This document shows, one piece after another, positions 1 to 9,802 of a stretch of DNA of 64,000 bases. The stretch is taken from assembly GCA_964500225.1 (NCBI GenBank), contig CAZCOA010000004.1, positions 6,479 through 70,478 on the forward strand, written 5' to 3'. The notes under the pieces were generated by a model that saw only the letters and a program-made list of their open reading frames with translations, was not told the origin of the DNA and did no database searches. The translations under genes were made by a program, and so were the position numbers. The stretch's first letter is position 1; every line of letters begins with the position of its first letter. The stretch is from an uncultured Anaerolineaceae bacterium (lineage in GTDB: Bacteria > Planctomycetota > Phycisphaerae > FEN-1346 > JAACEH01).

Positions 1-1069
1 GTGATCTGCATCAGGTGCGATACGCCGGTGGCGGTTCTTCCGCATCGTTCGAGAACTACGGCCGCAGCGGCCATGGACACCGCAAGGCAGGCAGCCACGC
101 CGGCGGCTGCACATGTGTTGAGGAGTCCGGCGCACTCGGAATCCGGGCAATTCACGGGCCTATTGCCGTTCCCGACGCCCAGGAACAGCAGTATTACGGG
201 AATCGCCATGGTGAGAATCAACGCCGTTGCAACAATCGTCCGCTGAATCCCAGGCACAGGCAGAACTGGTCGCTCGGTATCGGCCAGTGCGGCAATTAGG
301 TGCATGTGTCGTCGGAGCATGATCGCAGCAACAACCGCCACAGCCACAAGGGGCCACGCCGCCCAGACAACCAATTCCGTAGCCCCGACGCCCTGGTAGA
401 TGGCAACCAGTTCGGTTCCGTAGGTGCTGACTCCGGCCACGCTGAACGCATCGTACTGGGAAAGTGTGACAACCAGGCAGGCGACGAAGGCAACCGCCAA
501 GGATCGGCCGAGAGGGTGGTATAGAGCGGCCAGTGTGGAGGACCGGCCTTGCAGTCCCGCGGCCTGGCCCCCCGAAGCTTCGGTGCCGCGGTGCCGCCCA
601 CCGGCGATAATCAAGGCCGCCAGAGGCCAACAATAGAGTACCTGAACAAAGCAGGCAACAGCCGCGGCAACAAGTTGATTGTCATTGGCGAACTGGGAGG
701 CCATGAACCGACCCACCGGAGCCGTGTGACTGAGCAGCTGCGACCATGCATGGCAGGTCACGTACTGTGGCCAGAGAACGGGAACCAACATGAGCCACAA
801 CAGCCAAGCGCGATCTCGACAAGCATTCGCCAGGAGTTGGCTGGCAACATACCCCAGCACGACGGCCACGAAGGCCACTGAGATAGCCAGGCTGATGCTA
901 CGTGCCATCAATGTGTGAAGCATCTGTGGGGCGGAGGTGCGTTCTGAAATGGTCCCGTGGCCGACCAACAATGCGGTAACGGCCAGCACAGGCCAAGCCA
1001 CGAGAAACATCCAGGCAGCCAGGCCAGCCACTGCGACAAGGCCTTGAGCCATAGCGCGACGGTTCATTG
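1..1069 (-). CDS. Polytopic membrane permease, 5'-partial in window; ABC-transporter permease-like. Start ATG at 1067-1069, 3' end lies beyond the left edge
   Basis: Manual reverse-complement translation of 1069->1 gives an uninterrupted >355-aa reading frame (MNRRAMAQGLVAVAGLAAWMFLVAWPVLAVTALLVGHG...GTELVAIYQGVGATELVVWAAWPLVAVAVVAAIML...) with many hydrophobic helices. It is absent from the ORF track because it has no in-window stop. Family assignment is by general resemblance to two-domain ABC permeases only. Confidence 0.55.
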
Positions 1070-1419
1070 GCGATCAATATCGACAGGGAGAAGCATACGG
1101 ACCGAGTTCGTCAGACGTTCACACTTCTCGTCCACCACGGCAGCCAACTAAACCCATATTCTCCCAATGCCTGCATGGAACACAAGGAAAAACCACGCGG
1201 CGCGGTAAGCACGCGGCGGCCCCGACGCGCACGGTCGCCAGTGGCCCCTCTATTGTGTGATGCAAGTCACCCAGCGATTCCGCGTGGACGCGTAACCTAG
1301 ATCGGCGAGAATCCAGCATTCGATTGATTAGCAGTGCCTGGAGTCCTATAATTCGCAAGACCGGAGCGGCGTTGCACGTGCATTGCATACGTTGGCGTCT
1401 GATCGGGATTTTCGTCAAG

Positions 1420-1443
1420 ACGGAATGACGACGGTCATTCCGT
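1420..1443. promoter_or_regulatory. Perfect 10-bp inverted repeat with 4-nt spacer (ACGGAATGAC-GACG-GTCATTCCGT), candidate operator or RNA hairpin in the 5' region of the metF-cluster
   Basis: Read directly from the sequence. It lies in the divergent intergenic region between the left-edge permease start (1069) and the first plus-strand gene (1442/1511). Confidence 0.4.
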
Positions 1444-1510
1444 GCGAGGTCCGACGGTGGATAAGTTGACGTCAGGCGAATTGAAACGACTAGGCGACAG
1501 CCGCATACTC

Positions 1511-3526
1511 ATGGAGCGGGAGTGGTCGCCATGCAGATACCATTGCCCTGTTCATGCCGATGTGAGGTCGTACATCGAGTTGGCGGCGCGGGGGCGGTGG
1601 CGCGAGGCGATCGACGTGATCCGCGAGCGTCTGCCGTTTGCGTCGGTGTGCGGTCGCGTGTGCCACCACCCGTGCGAGGCCAACTGCCGCCGTGCGGGCG
1701 TGGACGAGGCCGTGGCGATTCGCGAGGTGAAGCGGTTCGTCAGCGAGCGACAGGGCGCCTCAGGTGCGACGGTGCGGCGGATGAAACAGGACAAGTCGCC
1801 GGTGGCCATCGTCGGCGCAGGCCCTGCCGGCATGGCCGCAGCGCTGGACCTGGCGGTTCGGGGATATCGGCCTACGGTTTTCGAGAAGTTTCCCGTCGCG
1901 GGCGGCATCCCGGCCACTGCCATCCCGCGATATCGCCTACCGCGAGACGTTCTTCAGCAGGATATCGACTGGATCTGCGCCCACGGGGTGAACGTGGTCA
2001 CCGGCGTCGAGATCGGCAAGGACAAAACCCTCGTCGATCTGAAGAAGGACGGTTTTGCGGCCATCGTCATTGCCACGGGCCTTGCGCTGTCGAGGACGTT
2101 GCCGATTCCCGGATCGGACCACGAGCGCGTCTATCCCGCGCTCAGTTTCTTGACGGCGGTGAACTTCGACCGGCCGCCGCCCATCGGCTCAGACGTCCTG
2201 GTGATCGGCGGCGGCAACGTGGCCATGGATGCGACGCGGACGGCGGTGCGGCTTGGCGCGGCTCGCGTTCGGGCGATGTGCCTTGAGGCCGAGGACGAGA
2301 TGCCGGCGTGGGACTGGGAGCGAAACGAGGCGGCCGAGGAAGGCGTCGAGTTCATCCATCGTCGCGGACCGACAGAGATTGTGATTCGCCAGGGGCGGAT
2401 CGTGGCGATTGCGGCGAGGAAAGTCACCCGCGTTTTCGACGATGCCCATCGGTTCGATCCGCGTTACGACGATGCGGACGTCGTACGCGTGGAGTGCGAC
2501 ACCGTGATCATGGCGATCGGACAGACGGCGGACATGGGGTTCCTCGTCGGAAGTTCTTTGACGACCGATGCCCGCGGCCGCTTGGTGTACGATTCGGCAA
2601 CACATCAGACGAGCGATCCGTCCGTCTTCGCGTGCGGCGAAATTGTGACCTCGCCGGGATCGGTCGTGGAGGCTTGCGCGTCGGGACAGCGTGCAGCCAA
2701 GGCAGTGGACCTGTTCCTGAGCGGCAAAACCATCCGGATTGCCGACGCATTGCCGCCGGTAATTGGCGAGATCGCCCCCGACACCGCCGCCAAGGTATCG
2801 AAAGTGCCGCGAAATGCTGCGCTGCAACGGCCTGCGGACGAACGCCGGTGCGATAGTCTGCCCATTGACGCAAACTTCACGGCGGATGCGGCCATGCGCG
2901 AGGCACAGCGCTGCATGGGTTGCGGCGGCGGGGCCGAAGTCCTGATCGACAAATGTGCGGCGTGCCTGACATGCCTGCGTGTCTGTCCGTTCGACATCCC
3001 GGTAGTCACCGACGTGGCACGAATCGAGTCGTCGCTCTGCCAGGCGTGCGGCATGTGTATCGTCGAATGTCCGGCCAACGCCATCGTGTCGCGAAGCTGG
3101 GACATGTGCGAAGAGGTGAGGAACACAGCCGCGCGGCTGGCTGCCATCAGCGTCCGACCGAAGGTGGTGGCCTACATCAACGGGTACCATGCTCCGGCGG
3201 CCGCCTGGAGTGAATCGCCGGAGGAAGCCATACCCGGCGTGCTGGAGGTCTGGCTGCCGAGTGTGAGCCGCCTGGGCGTAGCCGAGATGCTTCGTGCCAT
3301 TGAGGATGGGGCGGACGGAATCGTGGTGGTGACGGGTTACCTGGGCGGCGATCGTTACCCCACGGCGAGCGAACGAGTCGCTCGCCGCGTCGAACAGCTC
3401 CGGGTGATGCTGAGTGAAATCGGCATGAACCCCGAGCGTGTGCAGATGGTCCGCTGCGCGGATGAAGGGCGCGATGCCATGCGCCGGGCCATCGCAGAAG
3501 CAGTCGCGAAGATTACGGCATGTTGA
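1511..3526 (+). CDS. GltD/NfnB-like FAD/NAD(P)H oxidoreductase fused to a 2x[4Fe-4S] ferredoxin domain and an MvhD-like domain (HdrA-like partner of MetFV). Alternative GTG start at 1442
   Basis: N-terminal Cys cluster typical of the glutamate-synthase small-subunit family (CRYHCP...CGRVCHHPCEANC). Rossmann motif VAIVGAGPAGMAAA. C-terminal CxxCxxCxxxCP motifs (CAACLTCLRVCP, CQACGMCIVECP), followed by an MvhD/FlpD-like segment (VVAYINGYHAPAAAW...GADGIVVVTGYLGGD). It sits immediately upstream of metV-metF. Confidence 0.8.
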   Translation: MEREWSPCRYHCPVHADVRSYIELAARGRWREAIDVIRERLPFASVCGRVCHHPCEANCRRAGVDEAVAIREVKRFVSERQGASGATVRRMKQDKSPVAIVGAGPAGMAAALDLAVRGYRPTVFEKFPVAGGIPATAIPRYRLPRDVLQQDIDWICAHGVNVVTGVEIGKDKTLVDLKKDGFAAIVIATGLALSRTLPIPGSDHERVYPALSFLTAVNFDRPPPIGSDVLVIGGGNVAMDATRTAVRLGAARVRAMCLEAEDEMPAWDWERNEAAEEGVEFIHRRGPTEIVIRQGRIVAIAARKVTRVFDDAHRFDPRYDDADVVRVECDTVIMAIGQTADMGFLVGSSLTTDARGRLVYDSATHQTSDPSVFACGEIVTSPGSVVEACASGQRAAKAVDLFLSGKTIRIADALPPVIGEIAPDTAAKVSKVPRNAALQRPADERRCDSLPIDANFTADAAMREAQRCMGCGGGAEVLIDKCAACLTCLRVCPFDIPVVTDVARIESSLCQACGMCIVECPANAIVSRSWDMCEEVRNTAARLAAISVRPKVVAYINGYHAPAAAWSESPEEAIPGVLEVWLPSVSRLGVAEMLRAIEDGADGIVVVTGYLGGDRYPTASERVARRVEQLRVMLSEIGMNPERVQMVRCADEGRDAMRRAIAEAVAKITAC

Positions 3527-3566
3527 GACCGCAGACGTGCCGACATCGAACACGTTGCGGCAGGAG

Positions 3567-4265
3567 ATGGCGTCTATGATCGTAGCTGAACGCAAACCGA
3601 TGGACGAAATTCTCGCGATGCTCGCACCGTACCGAAAGGTGTTGGTGCTGGGTTGTGGCGGATGCGTGACGGTCTGTCTGACGGGGGGCGAGAAGCAGGC
3701 CGAGCTGTTGGCTGGGCAACTACGACTGGCGGCCCGACAGGCCGGACGGACGCTGGAGACCGCCTTTGACTGCATCACGCGGCAGTGCGAGCGGGAATTC
3801 TTCGACAATCTCACGGAGGACCCTCGCAGCTACGATGCCGTGCTCAGCATCGCGTGCGGCGCCGGTGTGCAGTACATGAGTGAGCTGTACCCCGAGGTGC
3901 CGATTCTTCCGGGGATGAACACGACGTTTCTTGGCTCGAACGTGGCGAGCGGCGTGTGGGAGGAGTACTGTCGCGGCTGCGGCGACTGCGTGCTGGCATG
4001 GACGGGCGGCATCTGCCCGATCACCCACTGTTCTAAGAGCCTGATCAACGGGACGTGCGGCGGCACAAACAACGGCAAGTGCGAAGTCAACCCGGAGATG
4101 GAGTGCGGGTGGCTGAAGATTTACGAGCGGCTGAAGGCACTCGGCCACCTGGACAACTACCGGGTGCTTCGTGCGCCTCGCGACCATCGCAAGGACCGCG
4201 GCGGCGGCGTGAGACGGCTGGTGCTCAAGGACATGGCCGAGAGTCAGGAGAGCGGCAATGAGTGA
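3567..4265 (+). CDS. metV: MetV-like methylene-THF reductase accessory subunit (MTHFR C-terminal Zn-ribbon-type protein)
   Basis: CGGCVTVCLTGGEKQ and C-terminal CRGCGDCVLAWTGGICPITHC Cys motifs. Its end overlaps the metF start by 8 nt. Start chosen at an internal ATG (M44 of the track ORF) to avoid overlap with the upstream gene. Confidence 0.7.
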   Translation: MASMIVAERKPMDEILAMLAPYRKVLVLGCGGCVTVCLTGGEKQAELLAGQLRLAARQAGRTLETAFDCITRQCEREFFDNLTEDPRSYDAVLSIACGAGVQYMSELYPEVPILPGMNTTFLGSNVASGVWEEYCRGCGDCVLAWTGGICPITHCSKSLINGTCGGTNNGKCEVNPEMECGWLKIYERLKALGHLDNYRVLRAPRDHRKDRGGGVRRLVLKDMAESQESGNE

Positions 4266-5166
4266 GCCTGTCAGCACACTGGAATCGGCCCTTCGCGCGG
4301 GCACGTTCGTTTTCACCGGCGAGATCGCCCCGCCGAAGGGCACGAATATCGAGCCTGTGATTCGCCAGGCAGTCGCCAGCCTGAAAGGACGATGCACGGC
4401 CGTCAATGTGACGGATATTCAGACGGCCGTGATGCGCGCCTCGTCGGTGGCCGGATGCAAGATGCTGCTGGACGCCGGGGTGGAACCGGTGCTTCAAATG
4501 GTGTGCCGCGACCGCAACCGCCTTGCTCTGCAAAGCGACTTGCTCGGAGCGTATATCCTGGGAATTCGCAATGTCCTGGCCCTGACCGGCGACTATACGA
4601 CACTGGGCGACCACCCGCAGGCCATGCCCGTGTACGATCTGGACTCGGTCGGCTTGCTTGAGGCCATCGTCCGTCTGGAATCAGGCACGGACATGGGCCG
4701 GGACATGAAGGGAAACCCAAACCAGTTAGACGGATCGCCGCGATTCTTCAAGGGGTGTTGTGTCACGCCGTGTGCGGAGGTGGTGGAACCGCAGATCATC
4801 AAGCTCGAAAAAAAGGTAGCCGCGGGGGCACAATTTGTTCAGACGCAGGCGGTGTACGATCCGGCCGCCTTTGAAGCGTTCATGCGCAGAGTGGAGCCGC
4901 TCAAGGTGCCCGTGCTGGTGGGGATTGTCATGCTCAAATCAGCGGCCATGGCGAAGTATATGAATCGTTCGGTGCCGGGCGTGGTGGTTCCCGAGTGGAT
5001 CATCACTCGACTGAACGAGGCGTCGAAGGAGGATCGGCAGAAGGTGTCGATTGAGATTTGCGGGCAACTGATCCGCCAGATGAAGGGCTGTTGCCAGGGG
5101 GCGCACCTGATGACGCTGGGGTGGGACCACTGCGTTCCTGAACTCATCGCCGCGGCGGAGGCATGA
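4258..5166 (+). CDS. metF: 5,10-methylenetetrahydrofolate reductase
   Basis: 302 aa. Motifs FVFTGEIAPPKG...VNVTD...LQMVCRDRNR...ILGIRNVLALTGD are typical of bacterial MetF/MTHFR. Translationally coupled to metV. Confidence 0.9.
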   Translation: MSEPVSTLESALRAGTFVFTGEIAPPKGTNIEPVIRQAVASLKGRCTAVNVTDIQTAVMRASSVAGCKMLLDAGVEPVLQMVCRDRNRLALQSDLLGAYILGIRNVLALTGDYTTLGDHPQAMPVYDLDSVGLLEAIVRLESGTDMGRDMKGNPNQLDGSPRFFKGCCVTPCAEVVEPQIIKLEKKVAAGAQFVQTQAVYDPAAFEAFMRRVEPLKVPVLVGIVMLKSAAMAKYMNRSVPGVVVPEWIITRLNEASKEDRQKVSIEICGQLIRQMKGCCQGAHLMTLGWDHCVPELIAAAEA

Positions 5167-5224
5167 GGAAGCGGGCGCATGCGGCGCGACACGTGCCCAC
5201 GCGGCAACACGTCAAGGAGATCAC

Positions 5225-5593
5225 ATGAGCCAGACCGAAGCCGTGGTCCGTTATCTGGATGAGACGCCGGCGACAGATTGTCCCTATGGCAACGTCCGCC
5301 GAGTGGTCACTGGCGGCCTCGGCGGCGTGGCCAACGTGCACGTGGTGACGGTCACGGCAGGAAGCCCGCACGTCCACACCGGGTACGACGAAACATACTA
5401 CGTTTTAGCGGGCACGGGCACCATTTCCCTGGCCGGGCGTGACTACGCACTGCGGCCGGGGGCGGTGGTCGTGATTCCTCGCGGCACGGAACATGCGCTC
5501 CAAGCCGATAGAGGACAGTCGCTGGAATTTGTGATCTTCGGAACGCCGGCCATGGTCGCCGACGACGAACGTTTTATCCCCCGCAAGCCGTGA
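5225..5593 (+). CDS. Cupin-domain protein
   Basis: 122 aa. Has a cupin-like core (GSPHVHTGYDETYYVLAGTG...VVVIPRGTEHAL). 58 nt downstream of metF. Confidence 0.55.
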   Translation: MSQTEAVVRYLDETPATDCPYGNVRRVVTGGLGGVANVHVVTVTAGSPHVHTGYDETYYVLAGTGTISLAGRDYALRPGAVVVIPRGTEHALQADRGQSLEFVIFGTPAMVADDERFIPRKP

Positions 5594-5780
5594 TGGTCAT
5601 TCGGACCCCCATCACATCCGCATAGGCCCGCAGAGTTGCTTCGGTCATTGCCTGTGAGGCGAAGTGCGACTCGCCACCGCTCGCGGCCGCGGCGGACAAC
5701 TCGGCAAGACACTTGCGACCACGGCCAACCCGTTCACCATTGCCTCCGGCGATTCCACATCGGCAGTCTTCATGCCCGAC

Positions 5781-7436
5781 TCAGCCTCCGCCGTCTCGCA
5801 GGATTCGCCGGAGGCTCAGAGCTCCGGTCGGGCAATGCTCGACGCATCGCCGGGCCGTACGACGAAGAGCCTCGCTCAGTTCCGAAGAGAACGGCGCCGC
5901 CGTGCGAACGCTGAAGCCGCGTCCGATGAACGTGAGGCCGAGCGTTTCGCGATCCTGTTCCGCAATACGCACGCAACGACCGCATTGGATACATTTGCCG
6001 GACTCGTACACGATGTCGGGATGTGTGGCGTCGCGCTCGAAGCGCCGGCGAGGACCATGGTACCGCGTCGGCGACGCGCCGTACCGGGCGGCCAGTTGAC
6101 GCAACGTACACGAATCGCGCTTGCCGCAGTCACAATCGAGGCAGCGTGCGGCCTCGGCACGGGCTTCCTGGTCGCCGCTCGTCCCGCCGGGCTTCGGATT
6201 TGCAGAATCACACATGCCGCGGGGACGCGGGTCGGCCTTCCCACGGAGCACTGCTATCTCGTCGGCGCTGAGACCATGCATGATGACATTGACATGCGAT
6301 GACTCACCAACAACCTGGGCGCCTCGCACGAACTGGTCAACGGCTATGGCTGCCCGGCGGCCACTCGCCACGGCATGAACACCGTAATTGGGACCGGTCA
6401 CGACATTTCCGGCGGCAAAAACGCCGGTACGGCCCGTGGCCAGCGTGGCGCGGTCCACCCGCACGCCTCGGCGGGATACCTGGAGGCCTAAGGTCCTCAA
6501 CAGCGAGAAATCGTACTGCACCTCACCGCCGGCCAGCCGTCCTTCGCCATAGATGGTCTTCTGGTCCATCGCGGTCTGCGTGCCGAGGGCTAGGATAACG
6601 GCCTGGTGCCGGACGAACAGTTCGTCGAGGCTGACGTCCCGTCCAAGACAGACGCCAGATTGCAAATCCACGCCGAGACGCAGAATTGCAGCGATTTCCG
6701 CGTCGATCACATCGTGGGGCAGTCGTTGTTCGTCGATGCCATAGCGGAAAAGCCCCCCGGCCTGCGTTTGTGCCTCGTACAACGTGCAGGCGTGCCCCAT
6801 CTGCCGCAGATAACATGCTGCGGAGAGGCCGGCGGGCCCAGCGCCGACTACGGCAACACTCTTGCCCGACTCGGCCGCACAGTCGGGTACATGCGGATCG
6901 CTGGAAGCGAGGTCCATGTCGGCCACCCAGCGGTGCAGATCGCGAATATTGACGGGCTGGTCCAGATCTTTGCGACGGCATGCTCGTTCGCAGAACCGCG
7001 GACACACGCGTCCTAGAGAGGCCGGCAGGGGGAGCCTCCGCCAGACAATGCTTGCTGCCCGCCGGGTGTCATCGGCCACAATCGCAGCGATAAAGTCGGC
7101 CACCTCCAGGTGGGCCGGGCATGCCAGCGAACATGGCGCCACGCAGTCGCCCGGGTGGTCGCTCAGGAGAAGCTCGATGGCCGTCCGGCGGGCTTGCAAC
7201 ACCACCTCGGATTGTGTCCGCACCACCATGCCCTCGGCCACAGGCATAGCGCACGACGGTTTTAGATCGGCCAGCCCATCGATCTCGACAACGCACATGA
7301 AGCAGGACGTGTGCGGCTCGAAACCGTCGAGATGACACAACGTTGGAATGTCGATCCCCAGACGGCGCGCGGCCTCCAGGATGGTGGTCCCCTGAGGCAC
7401 GTCGATGCTGCGATTATCGATGATCACTCTCGGCAC
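5781..7436 (-). CDS. 2Fe-2S ferredoxin (NuoG/HydA-N-terminal type) fused to GltD-like NAD(P)H:FAD oxidoreductase (StnC/NfnB-like subunit)
   Basis: N-terminus MPRVIIDNRSIDVPQGTTILEAARRLGIDIPTLCH...SCFMCVVE (plant-type 2Fe-2S). Then the GltD N-terminal Cys cluster (CVAPCSLACP...GRVCPRFCERAC). Then VAVVGAGPAGLSAACYL and GLFRYGI motifs. C-terminal extra Cys cluster (CLDCDCG...CIQCGRC). Last gene of the nuoE-nuoF-like operon. Confidence 0.8.
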   Translation of the reverse strand: MPRVIIDNRSIDVPQGTTILEAARRLGIDIPTLCHLDGFEPHTSCFMCVVEIDGLADLKPSCAMPVAEGMVVRTQSEVVLQARRTAIELLLSDHPGDCVAPCSLACPAHLEVADFIAAIVADDTRRAASIVWRRLPLPASLGRVCPRFCERACRRKDLDQPVNIRDLHRWVADMDLASSDPHVPDCAAESGKSVAVVGAGPAGLSAACYLRQMGHACTLYEAQTQAGGLFRYGIDEQRLPHDVIDAEIAAILRLGVDLQSGVCLGRDVSLDELFVRHQAVILALGTQTAMDQKTIYGEGRLAGGEVQYDFSLLRTLGLQVSRRGVRVDRATLATGRTGVFAAGNVVTGPNYGVHAVASGRRAAIAVDQFVRGAQVVGESSHVNVIMHGLSADEIAVLRGKADPRPRGMCDSANPKPGGTSGDQEARAEAARCLDCDCGKRDSCTLRQLAARYGASPTRYHGPRRRFERDATHPDIVYESGKCIQCGRCVRIAEQDRETLGLTFIGRGFSVRTAAPFSSELSEALRRTARRCVEHCPTGALSLRRILRDGGG

Positions 7437-7442
7437 TGGGGT

Positions 7443-9284
7443 TCACTCCACCTCGATGGCATCCGCCGGACAGCCGGCCCTACACATGCCGCAACGGATG
7501 CACTTCTCGGAATCGATGGTGTGTTGCTCGTACGGCGTCGGTTGAATGGCCTGGACCGGGCATCGCTGGGCACAGCGTGTGCAGCCGATGCATTTGTCCG
7601 TAATGCGGTAGGTGATAAGGGCCTTGCACTTGCGCGCCGGGCAACGGCCCCGGAGATGGGCCTCGTACTCGTCGCGGAAATAGCGCAGAGTCGTCAGCAC
7701 GGGGTTTGGCGCCGTCCGCCCCAAGCCACAGAGGCTGGTGTGTCGCACCTGGTCGCATAACATCTCTAGATCGTCGAGATCCTCGGGCCGCCCCTTGCCA
7801 TTGCATAGCCGTTCGAGGATGTCGAGCATGCGTCGCGTACCGACGCGGCAGAATGTGCACTTGCCGCACGACTCTTTCTCGGTGAACTCGAGGAAAAACC
7901 GTGCGATGTCCACCATACAGTCTGTGTCGTCGAGCACGACTAGGCCGCCGGAGCCCATGATAGCGCCCGTGCGGGTCAATGCCTCGTAGTCGATGGGCAG
8001 ATCGGCCATGGAGGCTGGAATGCAGCCGCCCGACGGCCCACCGATCTGGACCGCCTTGAAGCGGCGTCCCTCATGCACACCGCCGCCGATCGTCTCGACC
8101 ACCTCGCGAATGGTCATGCCCATGGGCACTTCGATGAGACCTCCGCGCCGGACGCGGCCGGCCAGGGCGAACACCTTGGTTCCTTTGCTGTGCTCCGTGC
8201 CAATGGAGGCGAAAGCGGCGGGACCATGGCGAAGGATCCACGGCACACAGGCGAATGTCTCGACGTTGTTGACAATCGTGGGCTTGCCCCACAAGCCGCT
8301 TTCGGCGGGATAGGGCGGACGGAATCGCGGCATGCCGCGGCGTCCCATAACGGAGGCTATCAGGGCCGTTTCCTCGCCGCACACAAACGCCCCGGCCCCT
8401 TCCATGACATGGAGCCGCAGTGAAAATCCCGTCCCCAAAACATCCTGCCCAAGATATCCGGTCCGCTCCGCTTGGGCGATGGCCTCGCGGAGCACGCGGA
8501 CGGCCAGCAGGTACTCGGCGCGGATGTAGATGTACCCTTCGGCGGCGCCGATGGCGTAGGCGGCAATGGCCATGCCTTCGATGACCCGCTGCGGGTCGCT
8601 TTCGAGAACGAGCCGATCCATGAAGGCTCCGGGGTCGCCTTCGTCGGCGTTGCAGACAACGTACCGTGTCGTGTCCGCCTGCCGTCGGGCTGCGGCCCAC
8701 TTCAGGCCGGTCGGATATCCTGCGCCACCCCGACCACGCAGCCCCGACTGCGTGACAACGTCGATCACCTGCTCGGGGGTCATATCCGTAAGGCACCGGC
8801 GCAGGGCCTCATATCCTCCACGTGCCAGGTACTCGGCGATGCACAGCGGATCGATCTGCCCGCAGTTCTCCAGAACGATGAACTTCTGTTTGCCTGTGGA
8901 CCCAGCTTCAGCGTCGGAATCGGAATGCGTCGCAAACGGCTTGATCGACGCCCACGCCTCGTCCGAAAGGAGCATGTCCGCCATGCGGCCGGCCCAGGCC
9001 ATGGCCCTACCGACCAGGCCCGTGGGCCTTGCGCAGTCGCGTACGATGCGTCGCGCCGCGGCCGGCCTGACACCTCCGAACACTTTGCGGCTTCCATCCG
9101 TCGAAACCACCTCGACAATAGGCTCTTGATGGCACAGGCCGCTGCACCCGACGGCTTTAACCGGAACATGGAGACCATGACGAAGGGCGGCATCGCGGAC
9201 GGCCTCATGCACGGACCGTCCGCCGCTGGCAATGCCGCAGGTGGCCAGGCCGACGCGAATCTCCTTGACGTTGTGATCGCTCAT
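7443..9284 (-). CDS. NuoF/HoxF/HydB-like NADH-binding FMN [4Fe-4S] subunit with C-terminal 2x[4Fe-4S] ferredoxin domain
   Basis: 613 aa. GLRGRGGAGYPTGLKW, VVCNADEGDPGAFMDR, ESCGKCTFCRVG and CIGCTRCAQRCP/CIRCGMCRAGCP motifs. These are classic 51-kDa subunit signatures. Confidence 0.9.
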   Translation of the reverse strand: MSDHNVKEIRVGLATCGIASGGRSVHEAVRDAALRHGLHVPVKAVGCSGLCHQEPIVEVVSTDGSRKVFGGVRPAAARRIVRDCARPTGLVGRAMAWAGRMADMLLSDEAWASIKPFATHSDSDAEAGSTGKQKFIVLENCGQIDPLCIAEYLARGGYEALRRCLTDMTPEQVIDVVTQSGLRGRGGAGYPTGLKWAAARRQADTTRYVVCNADEGDPGAFMDRLVLESDPQRVIEGMAIAAYAIGAAEGYIYIRAEYLLAVRVLREAIAQAERTGYLGQDVLGTGFSLRLHVMEGAGAFVCGEETALIASVMGRRGMPRFRPPYPAESGLWGKPTIVNNVETFACVPWILRHGPAAFASIGTEHSKGTKVFALAGRVRRGGLIEVPMGMTIREVVETIGGGVHEGRRFKAVQIGGPSGGCIPASMADLPIDYEALTRTGAIMGSGGLVVLDDTDCMVDIARFFLEFTEKESCGKCTFCRVGTRRMLDILERLCNGKGRPEDLDDLEMLCDQVRHTSLCGLGRTAPNPVLTTLRYFRDEYEAHLRGRCPARKCKALITYRITDKCIGCTRCAQRCPVQAIQPTPYEQHTIDSEKCIRCGMCRAGCPADAIEVE

Positions 9285-9790
9285 CGGCCCGACTCCTTGC
9301 GCACCTTGTCGATGATGATGGTGGCCTTGTGGGGCGTGAGTCTGCCGTAGGTCACATCGTCAATAGTCATACACGGCGCCAGGGAACAGCAGCCAAGGCA
9401 CGGAACCTTCTCGATGGTAAAGAGGCGTTCGGCGTCCGTGTCTTCGTGGTCGTCGTCGATGCCCAGGTGGCGGCGGATTGCCTCGGTAATCAGCGGCGCC
9501 CCGGCCACGTGGCAAGCGGTGCCGTGGCAGACGCGAACCCTATGTCGGCCGACGGGCTTGTGGCGGAACTGGCTGTAGAACGTCGAGACGCCGGCGATCT
9601 GAGCCGCCGTAATCTCCGTCGTGCGGCAGATATGCTCCAGGGCCTCTCTGGGCAAATAGTGGAAGTGCGCCTGAATCGCCTGGAGAATGGGAATCGCCGC
9701 ATCGGCGGTCGTTCCCGTCCGGCGCACGATATCGTCCACTACCGCCAGGTCGATCGGCTCGTCCACAGGTTGTCGCTTCGCCTTGGTCAT
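9281..9790 (-). CDS. NuoE/HoxE-like 2Fe-2S thioredoxin-fold subunit
   Basis: 169 aa. CHGTACHVAG ... CLGCCSLAPCM, the 24-kDa subunit Cys pattern. ATGA overlap with the downstream nuoF-like gene. Confidence 0.85.
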   Translation of the reverse strand: MTKAKRQPVDEPIDLAVVDDIVRRTGTTADAAIPILQAIQAHFHYLPREALEHICRTTEITAAQIAGVSTFYSQFRHKPVGRHRVRVCHGTACHVAGAPLITEAIRRHLGIDDDHEDTDAERLFTIEKVPCLGCCSLAPCMTIDDVTYGRLTPHKATIIIDKVRKESGR

Positions 9791-9802
9791 GCCAGCGTCT
9801 CG

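Noticed and set aside
160-633. Track ORFs 160..633(-) and 296..601(-), Cys/Arg-rich
   Set aside because: They are off-frame relative to the continuous membrane-protein reading frame I translated by hand for 1..1069(-). They are junk frames of that gene.
2189-3814. 541-aa minus-strand ORF antisense to the GltD-like/metV genes. Similar long antisense ORFs occur at 22371-23408, 22510-23481, 25123-26481, 28844-30289, 32715-34004, 57428-58459, 59331-60173 and 61477-63843
   Set aside because: Arg/Ala/Pro/Gly-rich low-complexity translations with no motifs, each lying opposite a gene with clear family signatures. This is a typical high-GC antisense artefact.
5594-5780. GC-rich palindromic stretches (cgcggccgcg; tgatgg...ccatca) between the convergent cupin and StnC-like genes, as intrinsic terminators
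   Set aside because: No T/U-tract follows either stem, and palindromes of this kind are frequent in high-GC sequence.
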